Shown: positions 50,135 through 63,110, numbered from the stretch's first letter. The stretch: DNA of 64,000 bases from Octopus vulgaris (GCA_951406725.2 OX597816.1:70990001-71054000); one strand, 5' to 3'. Program-made: numbers and translations. Notes: generated by a model from the letters alone, not told the origin.

Positions 50135-51450
50135 CTAGCAGAATTGCCCGGCGATGCTCGGGGCTGAATTGCTTGAAAGTACTGTTAATGATTGCACTGA
50201 ATTATGATGATTATTCAGGCAAATATTGATATAAGTTTACGGTGGGAGATAAGGACTTAACGATCAAACGTGTGCCATTGCATTGTTTTGGGGGAACCAA
50301 ATTTCTGATGAGCATTATAGGGGCACCAACTTTAAGTTTGAGAATGTGTGGTGGTAGTCCGGGGTGCTCAAAGGAATTGAGTACCTCTATTGGATAGTTG
50401 ATGACGTCCTCTGGGTCAGGAGTTGTATCGATAGACTGATATACATAGACTTCCCCAGGAATGAGTTTTAGCATTTCATCATTAATATGGTGAACAGTTT
50501 TATTCCTCGGGGCCAGAATAGCCCTTTGGCCAATCCAATCCATATTCTGATAATTAGCTTGTAGATCTGGGAACACTGCATCTCTGAGATCAGAAGGCGT
50601 TTTAACAATGGTACAAATGGAATCGATGGCAATATTACCATTTTCATCCCCTGGTATTTTGCCTTCGCCAAGTGCAAGGAGGGTGTGAGGAAATGCTGCT
50701 GATGTGATGTTATGTCGCATATGTGCACGCATATTGGTGTGAAGTTTGAGAGTCTTAACCAGTGGCCACAATGTGGATGACTTAAAACACGCACTTACTG
50801 CATCAGCTGTAGTCCCTTTGGGAATAACGGGAAGTGTTTGTCGGAAGTCCCCTGAAAGAAGAAGTGTTATGCCTCCCATGGGAGGTGAAGAGTGTTTGAT
50901 GTCTCTGAGAGATCTATCTAGTGCCCCAAGAGCACGTCTGTGAGCCATCGTGCATTCATCCCAAACGATAAGCTTGCATCGTCTGAAGACTTCTGCCTGA
51001 TCGGAGCTGTTACTGATGTTGCAAGTTGGTGTCTCAGTCTTCGCTAAGTCAAGTGGAAGCTTGAAAGTGGAGTGAGCTGTCCTGCCGCCTGGCAACAAAG
51101 TAGCCGCAATTCCAGATGATTCCACAGCTAGGGCAATGCCTTGTGTTCGCCTAATCTCAGCCAATATTAATTTGTTGACAAAAGTTTTCCCAGTGCCCCC
51201 AGGAGCGTCCAGGAAAAAAATCCTCCCAGTTTTGGCCCGGACTGAATTAACAACGGAGTTGTAAGCGAACTTGTGTTCTGGAAGGAGCTTTGGCTCATTG
51301 TCGGCTATGTACTCGGCAAGCTCATCAACATTAAAACATGTCTCACGCAGCAAATGTGAAGACAGAGTGTTTGTGCGTTCCTGGTTTGTTGAAGGTAGGT
51401 CATAGACCGGCAAGGCACTACCGCCTATATCAAGTACAGTATCTTCGAAC
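50135..51450 (-). mobile_element. Helitron 3' portion (internally deleted) with intact 3' terminus
   Basis: Minus strand ends CCCGAGCATCGCCGGG hairpin ...CTAG|T at 50135; contains the Pif1-family helicase frame. Confidence 0.9.
50211..51413 (-). CDS. Helitron RepHel Pif1-like helicase fragment (400 aa, no Rep domain, lacks motifs V/VI)
   Basis: LDAPGGTGKTF (Walker A), SGIAATLLPGGRTAHSTFKLP, IVWDECTM, LSGDFRQTLPV, RAILAPRN, GLPPHILKLKVGAPIMLIRNL..CNGTRL. Confidence 0.85.
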   Translation of the reverse strand: MPVYDLPSTNQERTNTLSSHLLRETCFNVDELAEYIADNEPKLLPEHKFAYNSVVNSVRAKTGRIFFLDAPGGTGKTFVNKLILAEIRRTQGIALAVESSGIAATLLPGGRTAHSTFKLPLDLAKTETPTCNISNSSDQAEVFRRCKLIVWDECTMAHRRALGALDRSLRDIKHSSPPMGGITLLLSGDFRQTLPVIPKGTTADAVSACFKSSTLWPLVKTLKLHTNMRAHMRHNITSAAFPHTLLALGEGKIPGDENGNIAIDSICTIVKTPSDLRDAVFPDLQANYQNMDWIGQRAILAPRNKTVHHINDEMLKLIPGEVYVYQSIDTTPDPEDVINYPIEVLNSFEHPGLPPHILKLKVGAPIMLIRNLVPPKQCNGTRLIVKSLSPTVNLYQYLPE

Positions 51451-51499
51451 GTAGTTTGTTACCACACAGCCACACCTGCCCCTATGTATGTGTGTGTGC

Positions 51500-51550
<51 letters not shown>

Positions 51551-52248
51551 AGTGTATGGGTATATATATTATGCATGTATATATGTGTATATATATATGT
51601 GTACATATTACATGTACATCTATATATATATATACATCTACACATAAAATACAAAATACAAAGTTATATCTTGATATCGCTAGTGATAACAATACTCAAA
51701 ATATATAACAGACTGGAATTGTAGGCCCGTCTCTTGCAATGTCGATCAATTGGATCTTGTATAGAAGTGTACGGCTGCAGCGAAATTCATTTTTGGACTG
51801 TCTTCTATGGAAGGCATTTTAACAAAAATGCTTCCGTAAAGACGGTGAAAATATTGTCAATTTCCCCAAACAGGGACACAATTCAATTTTGAAACAATAA
51901 CCAAAGCCCCTTCTCCGAAAGGGGGAGGGTTACGGTTTACAATTATTTAACAAATGCAACACAACAACGTTTCCTTGGCGAGGAACCAACAAACGTGATT
52001 ACAATAGTCAAACAGTAATAATAATAACAACAAACCTTTTTAATTTATCCCCATTTATGTGAAACCACTTATTCAAGTTCAAGTCATTGATGCAATTGTA
52101 TACGAATTGCTAATACACACACACATAATAAGGGTGAAAAATTGAATATTAATTTGATTAATATGAATTGAAAACCAGTGGTGTAGCATATAAGACCATA
52201 CCGGATCTTCTAGCAAAAAGGATGACCAGTATGAATGGCTCATCCCTG

Positions 52249-52327
<79 letters not shown>

Positions 52328-52399
52328 AGCTTACAATTTTATTTCAACAATTGACACTGACATATATGTATATGTTTGCGTGTCCATGTGTGTAAAGTG

Positions 52400-52984
52400 G
52401 CAGAGTAAAGCCTTTGAAGTGAAAGAGGGAAATAGTAAAATATTGAGTTTTCTCGAATTTTTGCTTAATTGGGGGTCAAATTGAAAGAAATTTGTATGCC
52501 CTGACCGAATGGAAGTACTTGGAAACATCATAGGTAAACTCTAATTGAAGAAATTGTGTGAGGAGTAAATCGTTATGTATTTATTTGTTTCTGTTTGCTG
52601 TGTATTATTTTTTGAGTAGTGGTTTTAGGTACACTTGCAAAGAGAAAGTAGGAGAAATTAGGGTGATAGCATGAGTGAAGCAGTTCATCCCTGTTATATA
52701 AATAATTTCACTTTAATCGTTGCACACTTGCAACGAGAAAGTAGCAGAAAGTGTGGTGGTAATGGTAGGAGTGAAGCACTTGAAAGGAAAGAGGGAAATG
52801 GTAAAATATTTACTTTTCTCGAATGTTTGCTTAATTGCAAAACTTTACATGGCATGACCCGATGAAACCTACTTGTAAAAATGATAGGTAAATTCCAATT
52901 GAAGAAATTCTATATCGTAGAATTGTATAAAAAACAAACGGTTTGGGAGGCAGATAAAATCTGCCTTTTATCATAAGAATAAGA

Positions 52985-52988
<4 letters not shown>
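52400..52988 (-). mobile_element. Possible Helitron 5' end with internal direct repeats
   Basis: Minus strand begins A|TCTTCTTATTCTTATGATAAAAGGCAGA; diverged direct repeat ~52421-52556 / ~52787-52909. Confidence 0.35.
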
Positions 52989-53055
<67 letters not shown>

Positions 53056-53268
53056 TATATACATACGTATATGTACATACTTACATCTATATGCATATAG
53101 ATATGCATATGTGGTCACAGGACGTCACGAAACGTGTACAACAAAAAATAGGAAACACGAGTACATGGAACATGAGCTATTCTTTCGAACAACGAGAGAC
53201 AAATGGAAAGCAAAACAAACATAAAGAACGACCCTTCATCAGTTGTTGGCTGTTTCTCTAGTCTCTCT

Positions 53269-53301
<33 letters not shown>

Positions 53302-53612
53302 GTATGTATATATATATGTATGTATATACATATATTATATATATGTGCGTGTTTGTGCTTGTCCTCTACCGCTTGATAATCTGAGTTAGTTTATTTACGT
53401 TCTGTAACTTAGTAGTTAGGCAAAAAAAACGATATGCTAAGTACCAGAATTTAAAACAACCATAGGTTCTGGTATTGATTTGTCCGACTAAAGCCCTCAG
53501 GGTGATGCCCCAGCATGGCCGCAGTCCAATAACTGAAACACGTAATGGATAAAAGATGAAAGAGTTAAATATGTTTGATATATATATCATATATATATAT
53601 ATATATATATAT

Positions 53613-53643
<31 letters not shown>

Positions 53644-54156
53644 TGGGGGGGGACAGGAAGAGAGAAATTATGTGAGAGAGAGAGAGGGAGAGGGAAGAAG
53701 AGAGAGAAAGAGAGAGAGAAACAGACAGACAGACAGAGAGTTAGACAGATGAGATCCAGAGATTCTCAATATTGAAAACAGTAGCGCTCAAATGATTTGA
53801 ACTTTACACTCCGAAACCTTTACCTAGGAATATGTCCGCGGGATAAAGAGTGGCTACAAGAGGGATCCAGGTGAGCAGATATGGAAACAATGATGCAGAT
53901 AAACAGGTAAAACTGCTTGGCTTTGATATACAAAATACATATACTAATATATTTAAGACTGAAAATTTCCAGGTGATGAATATTCAAGTATGAATATATA
54001 TTTATATATCAACAGAACTAACTTATACATCGTACAAAGACACATTCCCGTTTTGGCTCAGACTTTCCGCAATTCGTTACAAAAAACGGTGTTCTACCAT
54101 GAAGAAGCTTTCTCAGCTTAATTCCTAAAGTGATTAGTTTCTCCACATTGATGGTT

Positions 54157-54414
54157 TTTGATTCCTGACAGAGATTCATAGACGAAACTTAGCTCATCTG
54201 AAGGCAGGGTCTCTCAGTGTCTTTGATTCCTGGCAGAGATTCATAGACGAAACTTAGCTCATCTGAAGGCAGGGTCTCTCAGTGTCTTTGATTCCTGGCA
54301 GAGATTCATAGACGAAACTTAGCTCATCTGAAGGCAGGGTCTCTCAGTGTCTTTGATTCCTGACAGAGACTCATAGACTAAACTTAGCTCATCTGAAGGC
54401 AGGGTCTCTCAGTG
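54157..54414. repeat. 65-bp minisatellite, ~4 near-identical copies
   Basis: gac(g/t)aaacttagctcatctgaagg at 54181, 54246, 54311, 54376. Confidence 0.95.
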
Positions 54415-54649
54415 CAAATAGTCTGATCTAGTGAAAATCTTGCGTTTTGAACTCATTGAATTACTCGAGTAAAACTGCCTGCAAGCTGTGAGGAATGTAG
54501 AGTAATTTTTATCCAACCGGTCGATGATGAAGATTTATCCTCCAAATTCTAAGGTCAATTTCAGATCAAACAATTTAGACACTGCTGATTTGTATTGATA
54601 TCATCGTCGTCGTTGTTGTCATCATCATCATCAACAGCTCCTGGACGCT

Positions 54650-54865
54650 ATTGTCTGGAATCCTAGGATTCATAGAGCCGGTTACCCGATTTCCATGGCG
54701 TATAAGAGACCGAAGTCACAGCATCACCCTTGGACGAGACGCTAATCTTTCGCAGGATTACTTATTTACAGCTGAGTGAACTGGGGCAACGTGAAATGAA
54801 GTTCTTAGTTCAAGAACACAACGCACCGTCCAGTCCGGGAATCGAAACTCTGAACACTAGGCCGA
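54650..54865 (-). mobile_element. SINE family B-type head/core with a different tail
   Basis: cagctgagtgaactggggcaacgtgaaat...caagaacacaacgc...gggaatcgaaac; tail resembles 9960-10075. Confidence 0.65.
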
Positions 54866-54922
54866 AAATCTTAATGTTAAGGGCATTGTTCTTTGATTCG
54901 CGGTAAAATAGTAAAACTAGAG

Positions 54923-55214
54923 CAGGGGTCGGTGAACCGGGATGATTGGCCCCAAGTGGTAATTAAGACGCATTAGATATAAGTAAAATTTATAAAGTTT
55001 CTAGAAAAATCCTTTTGTTTCATTATGAGGATATTAATTTATTTTATCGCATTTCTTTTATACTTTTTTATATTTCATTTTCCATGTAAATAGATTCAAT
55101 AAACCTTTTGAATCCAAAGAATCTATGATTTTCTTCCTTTCAAATCAAGGGGGTAACGTCGGCATAAATAAATATATTTGGGGGTAATTGGTTAAAAAAG
55201 TTCCCCAACCCCTG
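54923..55214. mobile_element. hAT-Charlie-type MITE (292 bp)
   Basis: TIRs caggggtcggtgaac / gttccccaacccctg; perfect 8-bp TSD aactagag (54915-22, 55215-22), close to the Charlie NTCTAGAN preference. Confidence 0.9.
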
Positions 55215-56149
55215 AACTAGAGAATTGCCGTTGTATAACTTGTGTTAATAAAACTCGTCACAGGGATTGCCATTTTTTATGCCGCATTCTTTTTATCTGC
55301 TATAGCTATGCAATACGTTGATAAGTGATTTTGAACTTGATTTATTATATAAAAACTCATATCATTTGTATAAAAACCGGCCGTCTTTGTAATTTTCTGG
55401 CCGAATCTTTCCAGGGCTGTTTACAAAACACTGACGTCGCCGTCATTGTATTTCTATTAAGTTGTGCGACCAGGTACAGTTTCCCTTGTTGGCACGTAAC
55501 AGGTAGATGGTGTGTGAGATTGAGAAAGAGATAGAAGACATGAAAGAAAGGGGACAGTAAGGGAGAATGAAGAGAAGAGTAGAACGACATTAAAATATAT
55601 CACAGGATTTGGAAGGGGAGAAATAAACACAAAAATAGTTCTACATAATGTAAGGGGTTTTTTTTGTGGGGCTTTTTTCTTCTTTTCATAGTTTGTCTAT
55701 TTATGTGTGGTATAGGTGTAATGTGTGATCAAAACATCAATTCAACAGAAGAAGGTGCAGTAGTAGGAGGAGTTTCTCTACCGAGTTATTGGACATTCAT
55801 TAAAAAGTCGTCCGGACTTAATTTCTAACTATACAATCTAGTTACTGTTGCGTGCAAATGTGTAACCGCCGTTTCTGTAGGTCTCTCTTTAACAAAGAGT
55901 GAATGCAACGGCCATTCAGTCAGTGTAAAAAGTTTATCAATCGAAACACGAAAGACTAAATCATTATGAGAAATAAACAGTGCGTTGGTGCGTATCATCT
56001 ATAGGATCACAGGAAGGGGAAGGGACACAAGGGTTTCATACGGGTGGTAGAGACGAGAGGGAGGCGGGAGAAGATATCGTTGTAAAGAAATCTTTGTGGA
56101 GGAGCAAATGCCGTAGAACATTTATGAAAGCTGCTCCTAATCAGCTGAA

Positions 56150-56605
56150 TCCATGGCCTAGTTTCCATTCGAGTCCTCGTTTCGAATCCCGGTTCCTCAT
56201 TTCGATTCTCTGGGTCGTGTTTCCATTTCTTACATCTCGTTTCGTTTCCTTGGTTCCCGAACCGTTTTCCTGGATTCCGTTTCATTATCCAGGTTCTCGT
56301 TTCGCTTACTTGGATCTCGTTTAGTTTTCCTAATTTTTCGGTTCATTTTCCAGGATCATATTTCGTTTTCTGGTTCTGGTTTCGTTTCCCTGAATTTCGT
56401 TTTCTTTCCCTAGTTTTCGCTTTGTTTCCCTGGTTCTTGTTTCGTTTCCCTGGTTTTCACCGCGTTTTCTTGGATCTTGTTTCGTTTCCCTGGATCACAT
56501 TTTGTTTCCGTAGTTTTTGCTTCGTTTCCCTGGATCCCGTTTCGTTTCCTTGGTTCTCGTTTCGTTTCCCTGGTCATCGTTTCGACTCTTTCGTTCTCAT
56601 TTCTA
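56150..56605. repeat. Degenerate ~20-bp minisatellite (tttcgtttccctggatctcg)
   Basis: Roughly 20 diverged units; explains ORFs 56007-56285 and 56410-56634. Confidence 0.85.
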
Positions 56606-57059
56606 GTTGTTGCTATATTACTACATTTTCGCATTTAAAGTTATTTGGAAAGGCATGAATATTATAAAATCTTCGAATTTTTTTAGCTCCTGTGATAGAA
56701 AAGCTTATGTATCCTGCTTCTGGAATTATCTTTCTTCTTTCAACCAGGTTTATTTTCTAGACATTGACATATAGGGTTTAAACTAATTATTGATCTTATT
56801 GCTTTTATTAATCTCACCAGTCTGATATGTTCTGCAAAAGCTTGAGGTGTTGTCTCACCTTTACTCACTCAAGAGAGAGAATCTCTTCCTTAAAATCATA
56901 CCCTTATGTCAGTTAAGAACTCCCTGGACAAAATTGTTATTAATACCTCTAAAAACAGGGGATTGTCACTGCTGGAAGGCCTTTGATCAAGTAGTTTCGG
57001 CGAGAGAATGGGTGGTTGGGAACATATGATGATACTGACCCCAATGCTTGACTGGTTTT

Positions 57060-57430
57060 TATCTTACCGACATCTTCGTTTAACTTCTTTGTTGATCTTT
57101 TTGTATTCTTCTAAATCAAAACCGAAGATTCTTGCTTTTCACCTTTTTTTTTTCAACTAGATCCATTGTTGCTACAGATAGCAATGGTTGCTTTTTGGTA
57201 AGTGTATTTCGGCAGATTCCAAGAATTTCATTTTCATCAATTGCCACACATCCTCTGGGCTCTTCCTTTCTTGCATCTCGAGTAACGTTTCGATTCTGTT
57301 GCGGATATCTACCGTATATTCTTTACTGAGATTTTCAAGATCTTATCATAGTGTTAGAGGATTCCTTTTCGTGTTTTTCATTCGTATACTCCATGTAGCC
57401 ATACGAAGAAGGTACTCAGAGTCGCAGTCG
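57060..57430 (-). mobile_element. RTE/BovB-like LINE fragment (end of endonuclease plus linker)
   Basis: Minus translation DCDSEYLLRMA...DLENLSKEYTVDIRNRIETL...PEDVWQ...EEYKKINKEVKRRCR*DK parallels BovB-type ADCGSDH..YTVEVRNRF..PDELW..YKHLNAEFQRIARRDK. Confidence 0.75.
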
Positions 57431-57738
57431 TCGTAGGCTCAGCAGTTTGTGGTGTTTGATTTCCTTCTTTATTGAACAAGAATAAATCTGGATCTTTGTC
57501 ATTCAGTAGAGATCTCATCAGGAGATCTTGGATAGACTCTTTCTCATCATTTTGTGAGTCTCCATCCAGCATGAGATTCCCATCAGATGAAAGCATAATG
57601 CTACTTCTGAATTTCTCATGGTGTTTTCTTAGCAGAGATATTGAGAGAGGTTTGTCATTGCTTTCCCAAAAAGGATGGCCGTTTCCCACAAGGAGCTCAT
57701 CCGCCCTTCGACAGGTCTTGTTTTTCGTCATGCTGGGT

Positions 57739-58080
57739 GAAGAGAACTTGATTAATGCGTTTGAGATGTTGATGTATAGGAGAATGTTCTGAGTCTCTTA
57801 CAAGAATCATTTGACAACCGAATGGAGGTTACAACAAGTAGGTGAAAGACGACAACTCCTGATCATTGTGAAAACACAAAATCTCGTTTATTATGGCCAT
57901 CTCGAAGAAGCAGAGGTTTGGAAAACATTATCATGGAAGGAAGAGTAGAGAGCAGTAGTTCAAAAGGTTGGCAGAGAACGCAATGTGGGGACAATATCAA
58001 GAACTGATTGGACAAGAGCTGTAAGGACTTTTGTTGTAGTATTATCAATGCGCTGCAGGTGCACGATGCATGATGATGAT
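57739..58080 (+). mobile_element. RTE/BovB-like LINE 3' end with (TGA)n tail
   Basis: INAFEMLMYRRM..VSY...LVYYGHL..LENIIMEGRVE...GWQRTQCGDNIK; ends tgatgatgat. Confidence 0.8.
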
Positions 58081-58249
58081 TTGATTGGTAGTTCATTATA
58101 CTGAACTCAATAGCAATAAATCAAAGTCGACATCGGCGAGATCTGAACTCACAATTAAAAATTGTAGTTAGATTCTGCAAGGTAGTACACAGTTTCTATT
58201 GTTGTCCAGCACCTTACCAATTATGGTAAACACTGCCATCTTCACCGGT

Positions 58250-58438
58250 AATAATCCTTTGATAGAGGAGGCTAGTGGATTACATTGTCACTAGTGCTTA
58301 ACTGGTATTTATTTCATCAATCCTGAAAGGATGAAAGACAAACTCGACCTCAACTCCATTTGAACTCAGAACATCAAGAGGGACGAAATTCCGCTAAGCA
58401 CTTTGTCCAGGATGTTACCGGTTCTGCCACTCGTCAGT

Positions 58439-58440
<2 letters not shown>
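58250..58440 (-). mobile_element. SINE family M, diverged
   Basis: ctggtatttatttcatc..gaaaggatgaaagacaaactcgacctc..tttgaactcagaac. Confidence 0.7.
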
Positions 58441-58514
<74 letters not shown>

Positions 58515-58540
58515 TGATGATGATGATGATGATGATGGTA

Positions 58541-58594
<54 letters not shown>

Positions 58595-59110
58595 TGCTCT
58601 GATGCAGTACCAGGCAGTGGCTCTCATGGCTTCTGATCTTAACTGATTGGAAGTGTTATCATGTACACTGTTTCGTCTTGGTATAAAAGATGGGCTACAG
58701 CAAATATTCTGCTCAATACCACAGATTTGCTTGTCATTTGTTTGACCTTAACCAGTTGAGTATGTCCCTTAGTGGCTGACGATATGTGCATCTCTGATCA
58801 CAAGCAGAAGTAGTGGGGGAGGGCATAATAGCCGTGTGTTGAAAGGAATTCTTGGAGGTTTGGATAATTCACCTTTGGAAACATGGGTGGTTCGCTCAAC
58901 ACCCTTAAACAACCCTTATTCAGGGACCTTTTGAGCGGGATGGGCTACTCGACCAGAAGAAAGTTCTAACTGGGCCCCACATGCAAGGTCATGCGCTGTT
59001 TATCTTGATATGAGATCACCATGTCGCGCACATTTGGTTGTGATGCATGTGTCTGGTGTACTCTTATCAGGCGGGTAGTAATGATGGGTATATTGGACTT
59101 CATATATTTG
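58595..59110. mobile_element. (TAA)n-embedded non-coding element, copy 2 (right end truncated)
   Basis: Collinear with 22282-22795. Confidence 0.8.
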
Positions 59111-60996
59111 TATAGGTGGCTGCTCTGATACTGGAAAAAAAGGATTTATTTCACACGCCAGGCTCCTTCCCAAGGGAGGATTATAGATTACTTTTTTGGT
59201 ACCCCGACTTGGAGATGCAGAGATGCCTGCAGGTCGCAAGAGAATTAATCGGGGACGTGAGGTAAGAGGTTCATGGCCTTATTATGTTTTAAATTGTAAT
59301 GGACTTCTTAGTCCAAAAATTGTAAAATATTGTAAATTGTAAGAGGGTTATTACCTCAAGATGTGTCTTACTAAAAGAACAATGTTATAGAGAAGCAGAG
59401 GGTCGGCGGGCGCTTTCTGTCTTCCCATCCTTATCATCTTGTATTATTATCATTCGCCTCATCAATGTCTTGTCCAGGCCGCAAAGTTACCCATCTTTAT
59501 ACTGCCTCTATGGCAAATGAAATGAAATAAAGTAGCTTGCTAACCTACTTCCTATGAGTCTTTGATGTCAGTGTGCGCATGCGTCATTCTGTTGTGCACT
59601 GACGAAGATAGCCGGCTGTCTTTAGCCTGCCAAAAGAAGCTGCTGCAAGATAAGGCTTTTCTCTTGGACCCGGTGAGGGTCGTTGTCTGTGCTTATATGT
59701 TTTACAAAATGGGAATCCTCATTGAATTCAGAATGTTGATCTACTTGTGGTTCAGCAATATGGTCCATAGTAAAGGAAGATTTTTTTTCTCATTTTCTGG
59801 TGGGCATAGCCTTCAAATACTTTGTTTTTACAACAACATTTACCATTATTGGAAAACTGTATTTCAAGTGTTCATATGAAGTGAAAATTTTTTCTCATTG
59901 TAAGAAATATAGTTTGGTGACTATCCTGCCACCGAAAGTCGTTTCGTTCGCTGTTTGTAAATAGTGTGTATTTTACGACTACGTTGGAAAGATGTGTTCA
60001 AGTGGAGCAGTCCAGGTTCGAATTGGAATACCATAAGGGCTTGAATGCCCAGAAGATTTTTTTGCTGTGTTTTCTTTTTTTAACTATTATTTTCTTCTTC
60101 TATTTTGACTTTTTATTGAACTGTTTGCTTTTTATTTATTTCTTCTTCCCTTTTGTTTTCGCTCTTTCCTTTTTTGTGAACTATTGCTTTGGACATGGCA
60201 AAAAAAAATACGGATAAGATTGTAGTGTGGGAGATTGTCCCACCGAAGCAGTGGTTAAAAGATATGGAGGAGAGGACGGTGGTGGTCAGAACTTATTCTA
60301 AAGTTCTTGATTCCACCACCGTCTTCCCAAAACCAGTTATAGAAAATGAACTGAAAGACTATTTGTCCTCTGTGAACTACATAATCCCGCGGTGTCAAAC
60401 ATGCAACCCCCACAGGATTTGAACTCAAGTGTAAAAAGCCGCAATTAAATGCCGGCCCTATAGCAAAATAATGACTACTTTTCATTAGGTACACAACTGG
60501 CCTTTCATCAGTGAGACTGCAGTGGTGAATAACCAGGCCTTACTCTGTCATCTTATTAAATGCTTAGTTATTCAACCAGACAAATATGAAAAGTGGAACA
60601 GACAGAACTCTGGCAACAAGGAACACTTCGTTAAATATCAATACAGAGATAGTCGATGGTCCCAATAATGATTTATTCAAATTATTTAAAACTAATTAGA
60701 GAGCAATTAGATCTGGAACACAGTAAAAAAAAGAAAAGTGTATTTGTATTTATGCGTATGTGTGCGCCGTGTTGATAGTCTACGTTCTATGTAGCAGATA
60801 GAAACGATAACCTAGATTTTGACGTATTGAGCAAGCAGGCGATGAAAAGGACGATAAAAGGCATGTGTTGTATGAGTGTATGTGTGATTATATATGTGCG
60901 TGTGTGTGAGCGCATATGTATATGTATACACATACACATGCGCGCGTACACACACACATATAAACGATACACATATACACATACTAAACACCTGCC

Positions 60997-61042
<46 letters not shown>

Positions 61043-61235
61043 TTACATAAATATGTGAATTTATTTATTCATCTATATACATACACATCCGTTCACTCAT
61101 TCATTCATTCATACATACATAGGTAATATGTCTGCCAACAAGTGGCATGCACGCTTATACATACACACACACGCACATATATACTACTATACTAAGACAC
61201 ACAAACACACATATATATATGAATATATATATATA

Positions 61236-61269
<34 letters not shown>

Positions 61270-61894
61270 TATGTATAGACATACACACACACATATATAT
61301 AGACACACACACACACATATATATATAAATATACATATATATATAGAACACACACACACACACATATATATATATACATACATACACATTTTATTTGTTT
61401 GCATAACTTAATGAGTGTATATAAAATATACAAATATGAATACGTACACATATGTGTATATATGTCGTACGTGTGTGTGTGTCTGCGTGTGCACGTGTGT
61501 GCGTTTGTATTCATGCGAAAATGTGTGACCAAGCGCAAATGCTAGCTGCAATAAAGTAAAGAAACAAGTGTTACCTGCTTCAACGAAGGAAATAGGTGTG
61601 TTTCGAAAGAGAATGAGAGAGAGACAGAGAAATTAAGAGAGACAGAGTCAGAGAAAAAGAGAGTGAAAGGGAAAGAAGTAACATATTTTACACGGTAAAG
61701 GTTAGTTGAGGCGTGTCTTCCAGCACGTGGCGCACACACTTGAACCGGTGAAGCGGAAGAAGTTGTTTCTTTTAAAAAAGCAAAATGAATTAGTAAAATG
61801 TAACACTCTGTGTAACAGTGGGCGGAACCACCTCTCGCATTGCGCGTGTACGTCTATGTGTGTGTGTACACACATATCTATAGGTATATATATG

Positions 61895-61962
<68 letters not shown>

Positions 61963-62143
61963 CTTACATATATAGTAAATCCAAAGAAAGAACAAACGCA
62001 CAAAAAAAAAACAACGCAAGGATGTGGTACACGTAATTAAAGTATTAGCAGACATTCAGGGAAGTAAAGAAAGATGATTTAGTCCAATAGAAAGGAAGAC
62101 GGAGGAAGAATATCGCCAATGATTCACATGTAGTTACATTTTG

Positions 62144-62230
<87 letters not shown>

Positions 62231-62299
62231 TGTGTGTGTGTGTATATATATATGTGTGTGTGTGTATATATATGTGTTTGTGTGTGTGTGTATATATAT

Positions 62300-62725
62300 A
62301 TATTGTATGTATATATATATATATATTGTATGTATGTATATATATATTGTATATATATATATTGTACCTATATATATATATATTGTATATATATATATTG
62401 TATGTATATATATATATATTGTATGTATATATATATATATATATTGTATGTATATATATATATATATTGTATATATATATATATTGTACGTATATATATA
62501 TATTGTATGTATATATGTATATATATTGTATGTATATATATATTGTATGTATATATATTGTATGTATATATATATATATAAATTGTATGTATATATATAT
62601 ATATATTGTATGTATATATATATATATTGTATGTATATATATATTGTATGTATATATATATATTGTATGTATGTATATATATATTGCATGTATATATATA
62701 TATATATATATTGTATGTATATATT
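62300..62725. repeat. Compound minisatellite [(TA)n TTGTATG]m
   Basis: Visible directly. Confidence 0.9.
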
Positions 62726-62867
62726 ATATGCATATTTATTTGTATATGTGCAAGTGTGTATGTATATATATCTACCTATATATGTGTGCGTGTGTACTAT
62801 ATATATATATATATATACAGGTATACATTCATTCATAGTACGTGTGTATATCTATCTATATCTATCT

Positions 62868-62960
<93 letters not shown>

Positions 62961-62974
62961 GAGAGAGTTCAAAT

Positions 62975-63108
62975 TTACAGAAAACCAAAAGAGAAAAGAC
63001 AGATGTACGAACAGTCAGCAGGTATATTAGTTTGACGCTCGGGATATTTCGAAAAGTCTTTTACGTTTCGAACCTAGGCTCTTCGATAGAAAGGAATAAG
63101 AGGGGAAA

Positions 63109-63110
<2 letters not shown>
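62975..63110 (-). mobile_element. Penelope-like pLTR remnant, family H1, with hammerhead-like motif at 63056-63093
   Basis: Minus strand: cttt CTATCGA A GAGC-CTAG-GTTC GAAAC GTA aaagac. Confidence 0.65.

Noticed and set aside
50211-51413. Host PIF1 gene
   Set aside because: Intronless, truncated, and attached to a Helitron hairpin-CTAG terminus
54157-54414. CRISPR-like array or hammerhead tandem
   Set aside because: No unique spacers, eukaryotic context, and stems II/III do not pair convincingly
56007-56634. K/R/E/N-rich repetitive protein ORFs
   Set aside because: Explained by a ~20-bp degenerate repeat whose period is not a multiple of three
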